A DNA stretch of 64,000 nt from assembly GCF_001194135.2 (NCBI RefSeq), contig NC_068981.1, forward strand, positions 58,538,377-58,602,376, read 5' to 3'. Source of the stretch: Octopus bimaculoides (Eukaryota). The translations under genes were made by a program, and so were the position numbers. The number at the start of each line of letters is the position of its first letter. Positions within the stretch are counted from its first letter, which is position 1. The notes below the pieces were generated by a model. That model saw nothing but the letters and a program-made list of their open reading frames with translations, ran no database searches and was not told the origin of the DNA. This document shows positions 11,902 through 24,289 of this stretch, piece after piece.

Positions 11902-12192
11902 ATCATCATCATCATCATCATCGTTTAACGTCCGCTTTCCANNNNNNNNNNNNNNNNNNNNNNNNNNNNNNNNNNNNNNNNNNNNNNNNNNNNNNNNNNN
12001 NNNNNNNNNNNNNNNNNNNNNNNNNNNNNNNNNNNNNNNNNCCACCCCCACTACTAACTTGGTCGCCCAGATAGCGGAAGCTATATGTATAAGTGTATGT
12101 GCAGGTGGCACGTAAAAAAACACCATTTGAGAGCGGCCGTTGCCAGTATTGTCGGACTGGCCCTTGTGCCGGTGGCACATAAAAAGCACCCA
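11902..12192 (-). mobile_element. Rearranged RTE LINE piece with (CAT)n tail, spanning an N gap
   Basis: Tail at 11902, antisense ORF piece at 12042-12086, and a 3' UTR piece in the opposite orientation at 12097-12192. Confidence 0.75.
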
Positions 12193-12430
12193 CATCTTAC
12201 TTGAGCTTTGTAGAAGTTTAGCAGTTGTTCGGGGCTGATGAAACTTCTGGCTTGGCTATGAAGAAAAAAAAACCTGTTTTTGTAATGCAGTTGTTATGTT
12301 GTAGATAACAGATTGCTAGGAAAGGTCATTAAGGACTGTGAGGCCCATTATATGTAATGATTCTGGTGGAGCCCACTACTATGGTGTTGTACACAATACT
12401 TTCAATTCATCCATTTATGGTATGACTCCC
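12193..12430 (-). mobile_element. CR1/Jockey-group LINE C-terminal fragment
   Basis: Minus-strand ARSFISPEQLLNFYKAQVR resembles the FxxxQLLxLYKxxIRP motif. Confidence 0.55.
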
Positions 12431-12533
12431 CTTTTTGTAATTAAATTAATCATTTCTCTTATTGATAGTGAAAGAACACAATATACATTGCCAATATGAA
12501 TCATTATATTAAACTATTGAAATTTGGGTTTAA

Positions 12534-12759
12534 TTAAGCCTTTAGCATTTTAACTAGCCATACCTGGCCCAAATATTCTACCTGTTTTATGTTCAAACTG
12601 ACCGGATTCAACCTCTCATACCTACCCTATTATAACGTTCTAAAAATAAATAATCACATCACTGAAACCTTGAAGCTGAGATAACACATGATTAATTCAA
12701 AACAATGCGAATAAATAAGAATTACATTTGAGATAGTAATCTGAGAATTAGAGGGTTAA
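12534..12759. mobile_element. piggyBac-like MITE
   Basis: TTAA at both ends; decayed TIRs (CCTTTAGCATT at left, AATTAGAGGG at right). Confidence 0.5.
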
Positions 12760-14074
12760 AGATTACAGCTATGCTATTGTAGCTTTTTATATATTTATCA
12801 AAGAAATTGCATACAAGTACATAAAAAAGACTTTAAAAAATTTTTGTAAGAAAAACAGGTTGATTTTATCAAAAGGTTATACAGTAAAATAAAATAAAAC
12901 GACTATAAAAATACATGAGAAAAAAATGAACACCCTTGCTTACCAGTTTAAAATCTTAAAGTACAACAAAGTCAGAGCTAAAAGATGAAACACACAAGAC
13001 AATTTGACCATTTAAAAGAAATGAACTCAAATATATAAACCTTCCTTTTTGAGATTGAAATTGAATACAAAATTTAAGTGAATGTGACCTGAAAGATTAC
13101 ATTAAATGAAACAATTATATTGTAAAAGGCAAATTGTATTAAAGAAATATGTCTATAGCATTCATTAAAGAAATATTATGTCTCCAGAATAGGAGTTAAA
13201 TCAAAAATTTATTGTAACACCTTGATGGAGTGCAGCAAAAAATACAAATACAATTTATTTATTAAAGGAACACTAACATACAGTACAAAAGACAGAATTA
13301 TACATTCAAAATTACTGGAAACTATTCTTTACTACCTTAAGCAAAAAACCTTGTACATAACTTATCAAAGAATGTAGGATCAATTTGTTTAAATTCCTTA
13401 CTAATAGTGAAAACAAAATTGGTAAATGATCATTTTGTGTAAAATTATAGAAATCTACACTGTCTTCCAGACAAAGTGTCAGCATTAAACTATCTCAATA
13501 ATGAGGCCTATGTACCATCATAACCACAAGAGATAAATAAAGGCAATTAAAATAAAAACAAGATAGTATTTGGTGAATTTATAAAGTAATGGTACACCAA
13601 ACTGAAGTTAAATATTTAACAAAAGGGATTTAGCAAAGTTATTTTCTAAGTGATAAAAACTGACCAAAGACTCTTAATGTTAAAATGATAACAGAATCAC
13701 TTTGGGTCATGCTATTGCTTTCTAAAATAAAAATTGGCAAATACATTTGTTTGGACAAGTAGACACAGCAATAAGAAAACATCAGTCCATTTTAGCAGTG
13801 AAAGAAATCCTGCAAAAATAAAAAAATTATTTGAAAAAAAAAAACTGTTCTTAAAATTCAATATTAATGCATTATACAACAAATTCTGGAAGTCTCCTTT
13901 CAAAGTTCAGTACAGCAAAGCATGATCTGTGAGTGGATACTGGTAACATATACCATGTTCTCACTAGTTATTTTAGGTGCCTATGTTGTAGCAAGCAGTT
14001 ATTTTAGCCTCTCATCCACTTCAGTCTTGACCCAGTGGACATCCAGGATGTGGCGGCTGGAGAGAGAGGGGCCT

Positions 14075-14240
14075 GCACTAGCAACTGATTGCAACACATT
14101 TTACAGCTGAGTAGACTGGACCAATGTGAAATGAAATGTCTTGCTCAAAGATACAATGCACCACCCAGTCCAGGAATTAAACCCACAATTTATGATCATA
14201 AGCCAAACATCCTAACCAGGAGGCCATGTGCCTTCCACAC
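14075..14240 (-). mobile_element. tRNA-derived SINE family A (other copies: 39630-39985 +, 47290-47530 -)
   Basis: A/B-box-like head followed by TTCTTGARCAAGACACTTTATTTCA..CCAGTTCACTCAGCTGT. Confidence 0.75.
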
Positions 14241-14789
14241 TCCCAATGAATACAAGGAAACAAATGCCTTGAAGCTAAAGAATATATTTGATGATACAGC
14301 AGAACTATATGTTGACACAAACTATGGAAGGAAAATAATTCTTACTTCACTTATCAAAATAAAATATGTTCATGACTAACAATTAATTGTAAGGAAACTA
14401 AGACACCCAACAGAGAATTATACAACCACAATGAGTAGTTCCAATGTGGATCAAGAAAATAAGAATTAAATACTATGGAAATCACTGTAATTATTAAGTA
14501 AACAAGAATTTTCAAAACCTGAGCTGTAGTTAAGAAACAATTGGCATTCAAATCTGAAATTAAAGGAGATTAGAATGAATGTTCAGAAATATACCACCAA
14601 AACTGAATCCCACTGTTAAAAATGCATTCTGATTGGTTCTGAAAAAGTTTTATACGAATGCTTTTAACCAGTTTTATCAAACAATAATGTATGAGAAGCA
14701 TCCTAATCAGTTTAAGTTATCTTTTATCTTTCTTACTTGTTTCAGTCACTGGACTGCAGCCATGATCAATGAGTATGTATAGCTGAAGC

Positions 14790-15330
14790 CTGGGTCCATC
14801 ACTCTGAGCCAGAATCCAAAAGGCAGAGTATGGAGTGGAAAAACCCGGAATTACCCACGGAAATGAAATTCAAGTCTCAACATTCTGCAGAAGAAAATTA
14901 TGCTAACCATTTTTGGGGATGCAAAAAGGCTTATACTGGAACACTGCCTGGAGAAGGGGACGAAAGTGAAATACTAGTCAACAAACTGAAACCAGTAATT
15001 CACACCAAATGCCATGGTCTTTTGTCAGATTAAGTGTTATTGTAGCATAACAATGTACACCTACATGTGGTCACAAAGCCATTGAAACCATTAAAAAATT
15101 GGATTCTGAGTCACATAGTCCAGATCTTGCCCCTTCTGACTACCATTTCTTTGGACCACTCAAACATCCTATATGAGGTTGACATTTTGCTACAGATGAA
15201 GAACTGCATGAAGTGGTGCATAAATGGCTGCACAGCCAGCCAAAAACATTCTTCTCCGATGGAATAAGCAAACTGTGGACTGCTAAAAGAATTGCATCAA
15301 AAAACAAAGACACTATATCAAAAAATGATA
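14790..15330 (+). mobile_element. mariner transposase remnant
   Basis: EPESKRQSMEWK, DLAPSDYHFFGPLKH and WLHSQPKTFFSDGI motifs with stops and frameshifts. Confidence 0.85.
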
Positions 15331-15430
15331 TAACTGTTCAACCCTTGCTTTTGTTTTAATAAATTACAGAAACAAATGCATATAATATTTGACTTACCCT
15401 CTTATATATTTATGTGTGTGCGCATGTGTA

Positions 15431-15463
<33 letters not shown>

Positions 15464-16307
15464 AAAGTTAGGGGTTGTGAATCCAACCCACAAAGGAATA
15501 ATTACTGATATGACATGTCACATGTGTTTGTATATTGTCATTATTGTACTCTTAGTTAACAAATAAACAAGGTAAATTGACACTACAATGTCTGCAAGTT
15601 GATGAATACCACCTATTCCCCTCCATTTTCTTATTGCTATATATATATATATCATCATCATCATCATCGTTTAACGTCCGCTTTCCATGCTAACATGGGT
15701 TGGACGATTTGACTGAGGACTGGTGAAACCGGATGGCAACACCAGGCTCCAATCTAAATTTGGCAGAGTTTCTACAGCTGGATGCCCTTCCTAACGCCAA
15801 CCACTCAGAGAGTGTAGTAGGTGCTTTTACGTGTCACCNNNNNNNNNNNNNNNNNNNNNNNNNNNNNNNNNNNNNNNNNNNNNNNNNNNNNNNNNNNNNN
15901 NNNNNNNNNNNNNNNNNNNNNNNNNNNNNNNNNNNNNNNNNNNNNNNNNNNNNNNNNNNNNNNNNNNNNNNNNNNNNNNNNNNNNNNNNNNNNNNNNNNN
16001 NNNNNNNNNNNNNNNNNNNNNNNNNNNNNNNNNNNNNNNNNNNNNNNNNNNNNNNNNNNNNNNNNNNNNNNNNNNNNNNNNNNNNNNNNNNTAGATAGAA
16101 TAGATAGAATAGAGACAGCTGATGAAGGGATATTCCAAGTGGCTTTCCATTTTCCTATGTGTTCGTTCCGTTGTCTGTAGTTTATTGTTCTAACGTCCTG
16201 TACCCTGATATGCATGTATATACACATGTAGATGTAAGTATGTACATATATGTGTGTATACATGTATATATATTCTTTGTATTATTATATATATATATAT
16301 ATATATA

Positions 16308-16358
<51 letters not shown>

Positions 16359-16540
16359 GAGAGACACACACACACACACATACATGACAGGCTTGCACAC
16401 AGTTTCGGTCTTCCAAATTAACTCACAAGGCATTGAAAAGCCTGGGACTATAGTAGAAAATGTTTTCCCAATGTGAAATGCAGTGGGATATGAAATGCAA
16501 AGCAAACTTCTTCACCACACAACCATGCCTGTGCCTCAGA

Positions 16541-16629
16541 AAAATATGAAACATTTCATAAATTTGCATGCTGTCTTTGCACAGGGGCCATGCTAAGCAG
16601 CTCTGAATTGCTCCAATTTTAGTATATGT
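16541..16629 (-). pseudogene. U6 snRNA pseudogene lacking about 18 nt at the 5' end
   Basis: Colinear with the reverse complement of U6 (AAAATATG..AATTTGC..CAGGGGCCATGCTAA..CTCTG..CCAATTTTAGTATATGT), about 80% identity, all CpGs mutated. Confidence 0.92.
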
Positions 16630-18033
16630 ATAAGGGTGTGATGGGTGAATTGTTGTAATTTGATACTTTTAATTTCGTGCATGCACATTATTTGCTTTTG
16701 ATTTTGTCAACTACACACTATAGTAGGGTTAGTTGGGCACTGTCTGTGAGAAAAACAGTACCATGACACAATTCACTAGGCCAGAAATTTGGAAATGACA
16801 TGCTGTACTACTTAGCATTCGCAATGGAAGCTCTCAATACGAATATTTCAGAGTGTTTGGGTGTCAATCTGAAGACACGTACCGAGAGTGATAAAAATTA
16901 AACGTCCAGTCAGCATCATGGTGTTTGGAGTGATCACTAGTGATGGCAACATTATGCCTCCATTTGTCTTCCCACATGGCTTCAGACTCAACACAGAGGC
17001 CTACATCAAGTGCCTAGAGGAGGTAGTGCTGCCCTGGGTCAAGAGGGTGGCTGCTGGAAGACCCTATGTCTGGCAACAGGACTCTGCATCATGTCACACA
17101 AGCAGGAAAACCCAGTCATGGCTGTCAGACAATTTCTGAAACCACATCACCTGTCACATCTAGCCACTTAACTCCCCAGACTGCAACATCATCATCATCA
17201 TCATCATTTAACATCTGCTTTCCATGCTAGCATGGGTTGGACGATTTGACTGAGGACTGGCAAACCGGATGGCTGCACCAAGCTCCAATCTGATCTGGCA
17301 GAGTTTCTACAGCTGGATGCCCTTCCTAACGCCAACCACTCTGAGAATGTAGTAGGTGCTTTTATGTGCCACGGGCACAAGAGCCAGTGTGGCGGTACTG
17401 GCAATGGCCACACTCAAATGGTGTTTTTTATGTGCCACCTGCACAGGAGTCAGTCCAGCAGCACTGGCAATGACCTCGCTCAAATGTTTTGTTCACGTGC
17501 CACCAGCACAAGTGCCAGTAAGGCAATGCTGGTAACGATCATGCTCAAATGGTGCATTTTTCATGCCACCGGCACGGAAGCCAGACAGCTGCTCTAGCAG
17601 TGATCCCGCTTGGATGGTGCTGTTAGTGCTCCATTGGCACAGGTGCCAGTCATCGAATTTGGTTCAGTTTCGATTTCACTTGCCCCAACAGGTCTTCGCA
17701 AGCAGAGTTTAGTGTTCAATGAAGGAAGGTTGGCATGGGTCCCCTTGATTATTGTGTGGGGCGCAGTTGAGTGAGAAACCAACAAAACTCCTTGTAACAC
17801 CAAAGATGAGCTGAAGGCAAGGATTATGGTAGCATTCACCAACTTGAACAAGGAAACTGTCCAGAAGAATTGCAGAAGATTCCAAAGTCGTGTGAAGGTG
17901 ATTTTATTGAATATTTTTACTCTAGTATTTCAAGATATTTCTATGTAATTTTGGTAAATATATCTGTTAAAATGAGATGTCAGTGTTATTTTCACTTTTG
18001 CATAATTTAGACAACAGTTTATTCACCACACCG
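16630..18033 (+). mobile_element. Tc1/mariner-superfamily transposon (maT/DD37D-like), internally deleted and split by an RTE insertion
   Basis: RPVSIMVFGVITSDG, PYVWQQDSASCHTS and SPDCN|PLDY...WGAVE..TNKTPCNTKDELKARI; weak TIRs GGTGTGATGGGTGAATTGTTG and AACAGTTTTATTCACCACACC. Confidence 0.85.
17188..17740 (-). mobile_element. 5'-truncated RTE LINE nested in the maT-like transposase
   Basis: (CAT)n tail at 17188; the host codons resume exactly at 17741. Confidence 0.92.
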
Positions 18034-18061
18034 TGTGTGTATGCATGTATGTATATGTATG

Positions 18062-18430
18062 TGGAGGTGCAATAGCTCAGTGGTTAGGGCAGCGGACTCG
18101 CGGTCATAGGATCGCGGTTTCGATTCCCAAACCAGGCGTTGTGAGTGTTTATTGAGCAAAAACACCTAAAGCTCCACGAGGCTCCGGCAGGGGATGGTGG
18201 CGAACCCTGCTGTACTCTTTCATCACAACTTTCTCTCACTCTTACTTCCTGTTTCTGTTGTACCTGTAATTCAAAGGGTCAGCCTTGTCACACTGTGTCA
18301 CACTGAATATCCCCGAAAACTATGTTAAGAGTACACATGTCTGTGGAGTGCCCAGCCACTTGCATGTTAATTTCACGAGCTGGCTGTTCCGTTGATCGGA
18401 TCAACTGGAACCCGCGACGGAGTGCCAACA
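18062..18430 (+). mobile_element. Full-length tRNA-derived SINE
   Basis: Head TAGCTCAGTGG (A box) ... GTTTCGATTCC (B box) runs into a 300-nt non-tRNA body; no paired acceptor stem. Confidence 0.85.
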
Positions 18431-18699
18431 ATGTGTATGTATGTGTGTGTCCGTATGTATGTATGTGAGTGTATGTATGTATGTATGCATGTATGTATGT
18501 ATGCATGCATGCATGTAAAAACCTAGTTAATATGTCTATTTCTATTTAGCAAGGAGAGAAGCAGAAAGTAAAGAGGTCTGCCTATGTTCTACGGAGTGAA
18601 GTGTTCCAAATTGCAAGGCAGTATATCAAAGAAAATCATGATGCTGTAGAAGGGAAATGTTTACAAATGCCACTCTTGCACTTGCTGATTCTGAAAAGA

Positions 18700-19325
18700 A
18701 AGAGGCAAGGAAGTGCTATTATAGAGGACTATTAAATGTGGAGAGTTCATAACTAAAAAAAAAAAGTCTTCCCAACATGGCTCCATCAGAGGGACCAGCC
18801 ATTTTAGTAAACAACAGTATGATAAAGAATTGAGGATATAAAGGCAGAGAAAGCTCCTAGACCGTCAGGAGTTACAGCTAATATGCTTAAAATACCTTGC
18901 AGTGTATAGAATAAGGCCTAGTTACACATACAATCAATGTTCAGAAATGACTGGTATAGCAACATCATAGTCAACTATTACAAGAGAAAAAGAAATGCTT
19001 TAGAGAGAGAGGTAATTATAGACTTATCAATTTGCTGGACCAGGTCATGTAAAATTACAGAAATAGTTATAGCTCAGTCAATTAGGAAAAGAACAAGCCT
19101 AGATGAGATGCAGTTCAAATTTGTGCCAGGAAGAAGTACTACTGATGTTCTCTTCTTGCTGAAGCAGAAGTATTCAATAATATACAGTATACCACTGTAG
19201 TTCATCAACCTAAGAGAAAGCCTTCAGCAAGGTCCCCTGCTGTGACTTGGTGGTTGCTGAGAATGTTATGAGTAGATGAATAGCTTATGAGAGCCATACA
19301 GGACATGTAAAGTGATAGTTAACAA
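18700..19325 (+). mobile_element. Older RTE LINE RT fragment
   Basis: YKRKRNALE, LDEMQFKFVPGRSTTDVLFLL, with frameshifts. Confidence 0.8.
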
Positions 19326-20960
19326 CATCATCATCATCGTTTAATGTCCACTTTCCATGCTAGCATGGGTTGGACGATTTGACTGAGGACTGGTGAAAAC
19401 CTGGCTCCAATCTGATCTGGCAGAGTTTTTACAGCTAGATGCCCTTCCTAATGCCAACCACTCCGAGAGTGTAGTGGGTACTTTTATGTGCCACCGGCAC
19501 GAGGGCCAGTTAGGTAGTACTGGCAACGGCCACACTCAAATGGTGTTTTTTACGTGCCACCTGCACAGGAGCCAGTCCAGCGGCACTGGCAACGACCTCG
19601 CTCAAATGTTTTTTCAAATGCCAGTAAAGCATTGCTGGTAACGGTCACGCTCAAATGGTGCTTTTCACGTGCCACCGGCACGGAAGCCAGACAGCTGCCC
19701 TGGCAATGATCATCCTCGAACGGTGCTGTTAGCGCTCCACTGGTACAGGTGCCAGTCATTGAATTTGGTTCAATTTCAATTTCACTTGCCCCAACAGGTC
19801 TTCACAAGCAGAGTTTAGTGTCCAATGAAGGAAAGGTTGGCATGGGTGCCAGTCGTCAAATTTAGTTTGATTTCGATTTCACTTGCCTCAACAGGTCTTC
19901 GCAAGCAGAGTTTAGTGTCCAATGAAGGAAAGGTACGCATTAGTGGGCTGGCTACACCCCTGGCAAAGGTCACAGGTTATGGTCTTACTTAGCTTGCCAG
20001 GTCTTCTCACGCACAGCATATTTCCAAAGATCTCGGTCACTAGTCATCCCCTTGGTGAGGCCTAATGTTCGAAGGTTGTGCTTTACCACCTCATCCCAGG
20101 TATTCCTGGGTCTACCTCTTCCACAGGTTCCCTCAACCGCTAGGGTGTTGCACTTTTTCACACAGCTATCCTCATCCATTCTTGCCACATGACCATACCA
20201 GCTCAATCGTCTCTCTTGCACACCACAACTGATGCTTCTTAGGTCCAACTTTTCTCTCAAGGTCGAGTATGCACACTGACATTACACATCCATCGGAGCA
20301 CACTGGCTTCGTTTCTTGCGAGCTTATGCATGTCCTCAGCAGTCACGGCCCATGGCTGTTCATACACATGCGTCATACAATCTGCCTTTTACTCTGAGTG
20401 AGAGGCCCTTTGTCACCAGCAGAGGTAAGAGCTCTCTAAACTTTGCCCAGGCTATTCTTATTCTAGCAGCGCACCCTCCCCCGCTACTGACTTGGTCACC
20501 TAGGTAACGGAAGCTATCAACTACTTCTAGTTTTTCTCCCAGGAATGTGGCAGAAGTTGTTCTCTGCACATTTTCAATGTTTATTGCTCCTGTGCTACAC
20601 CCTTCCTTAAAACAATGAATTTCTCAAAGACCAAAGTCTTACTAAGTGGGTAAACATACAGGGTTCTACTTCCAGCAGGGTAATGACTTTGCTTAATATG
20701 TAGAAATTTTATACAATGTACTCAATGAAAGCTATGAACACATAAGGGGTGCAGTGGTGTCATTGGCGAGATAACAAAAAAGTAGTCTTTGTATGAGGTA
20801 GATGCATGGGAGCAATAAACACCAATAGCACATGGGAAATAGATTTTCTCAGATAGCTAGGAGGATAGTAGCCCTAGAGATAGTAGACAGCTTCTGTTAC
20901 CTATGTGACCTAATCAGCACTGGAGGAGAGTGTTCTTAAAGTATAGCAGCTAAAGTAAGA
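19326..20960 (-). mobile_element. RTE LINE 3' half (ORF2 C-terminus, 3' UTR, tail)
   Basis: ORFs 20360..20569 and 19985..20260 (DSFRYLGD, WAKFRELLPLL, WYGHVARM, GRGRPR); tail at 19326; more decayed beyond about 20570. Confidence 0.92.
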
Positions 20961-21724
20961 ATAGGCTGTATTACCAGTTATCCCTCCCACTACCAAGAAC
21001 CACTTCCAGCTGATTCACTTCAATCACTGTATGCCTCTTACTCTCCCTAGACATGCCTGCAATCTAACCACACATCATTTTCCTTTCTCTCGTCCTTCTT
21101 CTGTCTACTGCTCTTCACTCTTTCTGTACTGCCAGTCATTGCCTACTCTTGCTATCTTTGTTGCAACTCATACCTGTCATCAGCTACTCTTCACAATTTC
21201 ATGTAAAAAGCCTTTGTTATAGCCTAAACTCCTTCTTAAAGATGTGAAAAAAGTTATTTTACTAAATTACCCACAATTTTTTGATTATTTTAAAATTTAT
21301 TTGAAATAAGCATTGTAGTCTATTAGAAATAGGATTATGAAATGGTTAAATTTCAGATATACTATTACTTGAATCAAGTATATTAATCAGAATATACGTC
21401 ACATTTCAATATCAAATTGACAACAAAAAAAAACAGGTTTTATAAATTTAACTTTGATTTTGTCAAAACAGATGATAAATAATAGAGATTCATATTTATA
21501 GTTATAAAGTACAGAAAACTTGCAACAAACGAGAGCAGTTCTAGAAAGGGATTATTGAGTAAAGTGTTTAGTGTAGGATTTGGGAGATGAGATACAAGTG
21601 GGTGATCACAAGAGAAGAAACAAGTACACTTGGGTAGAGAAAGTATGCAACAAACTTATTCAGAATAATGGGGACCACTATAGAAGAACACCAGAGAGGA
21701 AACAGTATATCTGTATGTTTAGAG

Positions 21725-22218
21725 CAGGGGTGAGCCCATTTTATTGTGCCTGCAGGATGGTATACTCATATGTACCAAATATAGTAAATTTTTCAATTAT
21801 AAAATTTATACAATATTCCTATGCCTGTTTTCGACATAAGTCGTGTTTCTACTACGACTTAAAACAGTTAGACTCGAACAGAAAATTGTCAGGTAAATGA
21901 TATTTGAATGGAAATTTTGCCTTCACTATAAAACACATATTACTAGGTTTGTACCACCCCCTTCAGATCCAACTACATTAGCTGAAAACTATAGAATACC
22001 TCATAAGTAATATAAACGTCCTAAATTCAGTGGTAGCATTAATGAAGATGTTACGCATTAATTTAATGTGTTAAATTTGTCTTTATTAATGTATATTGAA
22101 TTATACATAGATATATACAAGGTTTACACAGATATAAGAATCAGAACTTGTGATCCACCCAAGGACTGTTTTCTTTGGAAATTTTTGCCCACTGCACTAA
22201 AAAGTTTCCCCACCCCTG
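21725..22218. mobile_element. Non-autonomous hAT element (MITE) with an 8-bp TSD
   Basis: Ends CAGGGGTG... and ...CACCCCTG; perfect direct repeat GTTTAGAG at 21717-21724 and 22219-22226. Confidence 0.9.
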
Positions 22219-22259
22219 GTTTAGAGGTTGTAACAAGTTGGTGAGTGAATCTTTCTCAA

Positions 22260-24190
22260 TCCTGTCTAGTAGTAGCACTGTTCTAGATATTGTGAACTGT
22301 ACTCAAATGTAGATTCTTTTTCTTCAGCATTATAAAGAGTCAGCATCATTCAAGACTAAAGTAGTTTATAATCTTTGAAAGTAAGCCAGGTCTTTGCAAT
22401 GTTATATATGTGAGGTTCCTATTTGAAACCATTAAAAATTTAGGGGAATAGCATTTGTAGTACCTTCAGTTTTTGTTTAGTTAATAACTTGAGAGGGTGT
22501 AATACATTTGTATTACTGAAGAGACTAGATTGTCATGACCTCCATTGAAGGATGTTTCTGAGGTCTATGTTCATAGAGGCATGATGTATCTATGTTGCAT
22601 GTGTATAATGACTATGTTTCAGAGGTTAAAGAGAAAACCAGTGGTGTCATCTACAGAGGAATGTGAGCTGTTAGAAGTGATAGCAAGTGAGACTTTCATT
22701 AGCGAAGCAAGTGGGTGGGAAACATAAATGAAACTTCAAATACGCCAGATTTGACAAAGTGATGATTAGTAAAAAGCTCTACAAGTGTATGCTGCAATAT
22801 TGCATCTAACAAGACACAGATAAATGAAGCTTGTAATGGTAGGGGAGATACAGATATGATCAAAGGCTTTGAGGATGTCATGTGCAACAACATTGCTCTA
22901 ATTAAATTTCTCACGAGAGAGAAACCATTGGTAACATATATGAATAAATCCCTAATAGATCTGTTTTCTATGGAAGCTATACTGGTCCATCTTTGAGGAG
23001 AGAGAGACTCAAGGTAATAAAGGAGGTAATTGTTAATGGTTGTTCCTAACACTTGAGACATTAGTGAGAGTAAAAGGTTGATAATTGGCCAGAGTCAGAG
23101 ACTTATCCTTGGAGATGGAACATAAATGTAGCATGTTGCTAAACATCAAGACGGATTTCTGTAGAAAGAAAAGAGTGAAGATTTGGGCAACAATAGGAGC
23201 TCTGGAGTTCTCAGTTTAAGAGAAGGGACATTGTTAAGGTTGGAGGATTTTGTCTGAAGAGACTGGAGGTGTATTTTTGAAGTGTATATGTGGTGAGATT
23301 GAAGGAATGAAAAAGGGTTTGGAAGAATCTTGCCAAATTTATGTATCATAGATGCTAGCAGTAAATTGAATATCACATGTTTAAGAAGTTATGGTGCCTG
23401 AGCAATGGTGCAAAGGATGATAATTGCAAAATTGGTGGCACTCCTTTTGGCAAGGGACCAAAAGAATCAGCTGCAATTTGAGAGATAAAATAGCTTGCTG
23501 GTAGTGTGATGCATAATAACATCTTTTGCATCCTGGGTGGTAGTCTTCTAGGTGTTGTGATGGTGGATAAAAGCTATCCAGTTAATATGTGTGAATTACT
23601 TTTTCCCCCAGGCATTGTAAGCTGTGTTCTTTACCTGTGCCACTTGAAGGCAGCTATGTATGAACCAGTTGGAGAATTTAGGATTATATATGTAAAAGTC
23701 ACCTGCACAGTAGTCTCAAAAGAGTGAAGTACATTTACTGTTAGAGACATTTAATATAAAAGTGGAGGAACTCCAACCAACTAATCAATTTGAAGTCTTA
23801 CAGTCTATGTGAATGTGTAGAGTGATCAGATGATTTGTTGTGCGCAGTGATTGTGATGGTAGGTAGAAGCTAAGTTTGGAATTGAAGAAGAAATCAAGAG
23901 TGTTTTGAGTGTTGGTCAGTAATAGATAATACTAATTGCTGTAGAGAGTTTAGAACAGCAAAACATTTAACTTCTGTACCAACAGCATCAATATAGGAGT
24001 GCGAGTGCTGAAAGAAGTTATGAAAATTGAAACCATTGAGAACAAATGATGTCAGGGAGGGGTGAAGTGGGGTAAATGCTTCAATGCAAGGAAAGAGATG
24101 ATCGAACAGTTTTTTGTTAGTTGTAAGAATTTGGTAGCAACAACAAATGAATTTAAAGGAGTAAGGTGAATAGATCATGAAAACAATGAG
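22260..24190 (-). mobile_element. Highly degenerate CR1/Jockey-group LINE
   Basis: Minus-strand remnants DILKAFDHI (DISKAFD) and PQRWTSI (PQGS-like); strand-biased composition. Related fragment at 58480-58790 +. Confidence 0.55.
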
Positions 24191-24209
24191 ATCATAGAAT
24201 GTTCATAGA

Positions 24210-24289
24210 TGATGAGAAGAAGAAGAAGAAGAAAAACAACAACAACAACAACAACACCACCACCACCACTACCATCATCATCATCATTA
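24210..24289. repeat. Compound trinucleotide microsatellite (GAT/GAA/CAA/CAC/CAT)
   Basis: Read directly from the sequence. Confidence 0.95.

Noticed and set aside
18062-18140. Apparent tRNA genes (also 37065, 39630, 14160, 58087)
   Set aside because: A and B boxes are present but there is no complete cloverleaf, and each runs into a SINE body.
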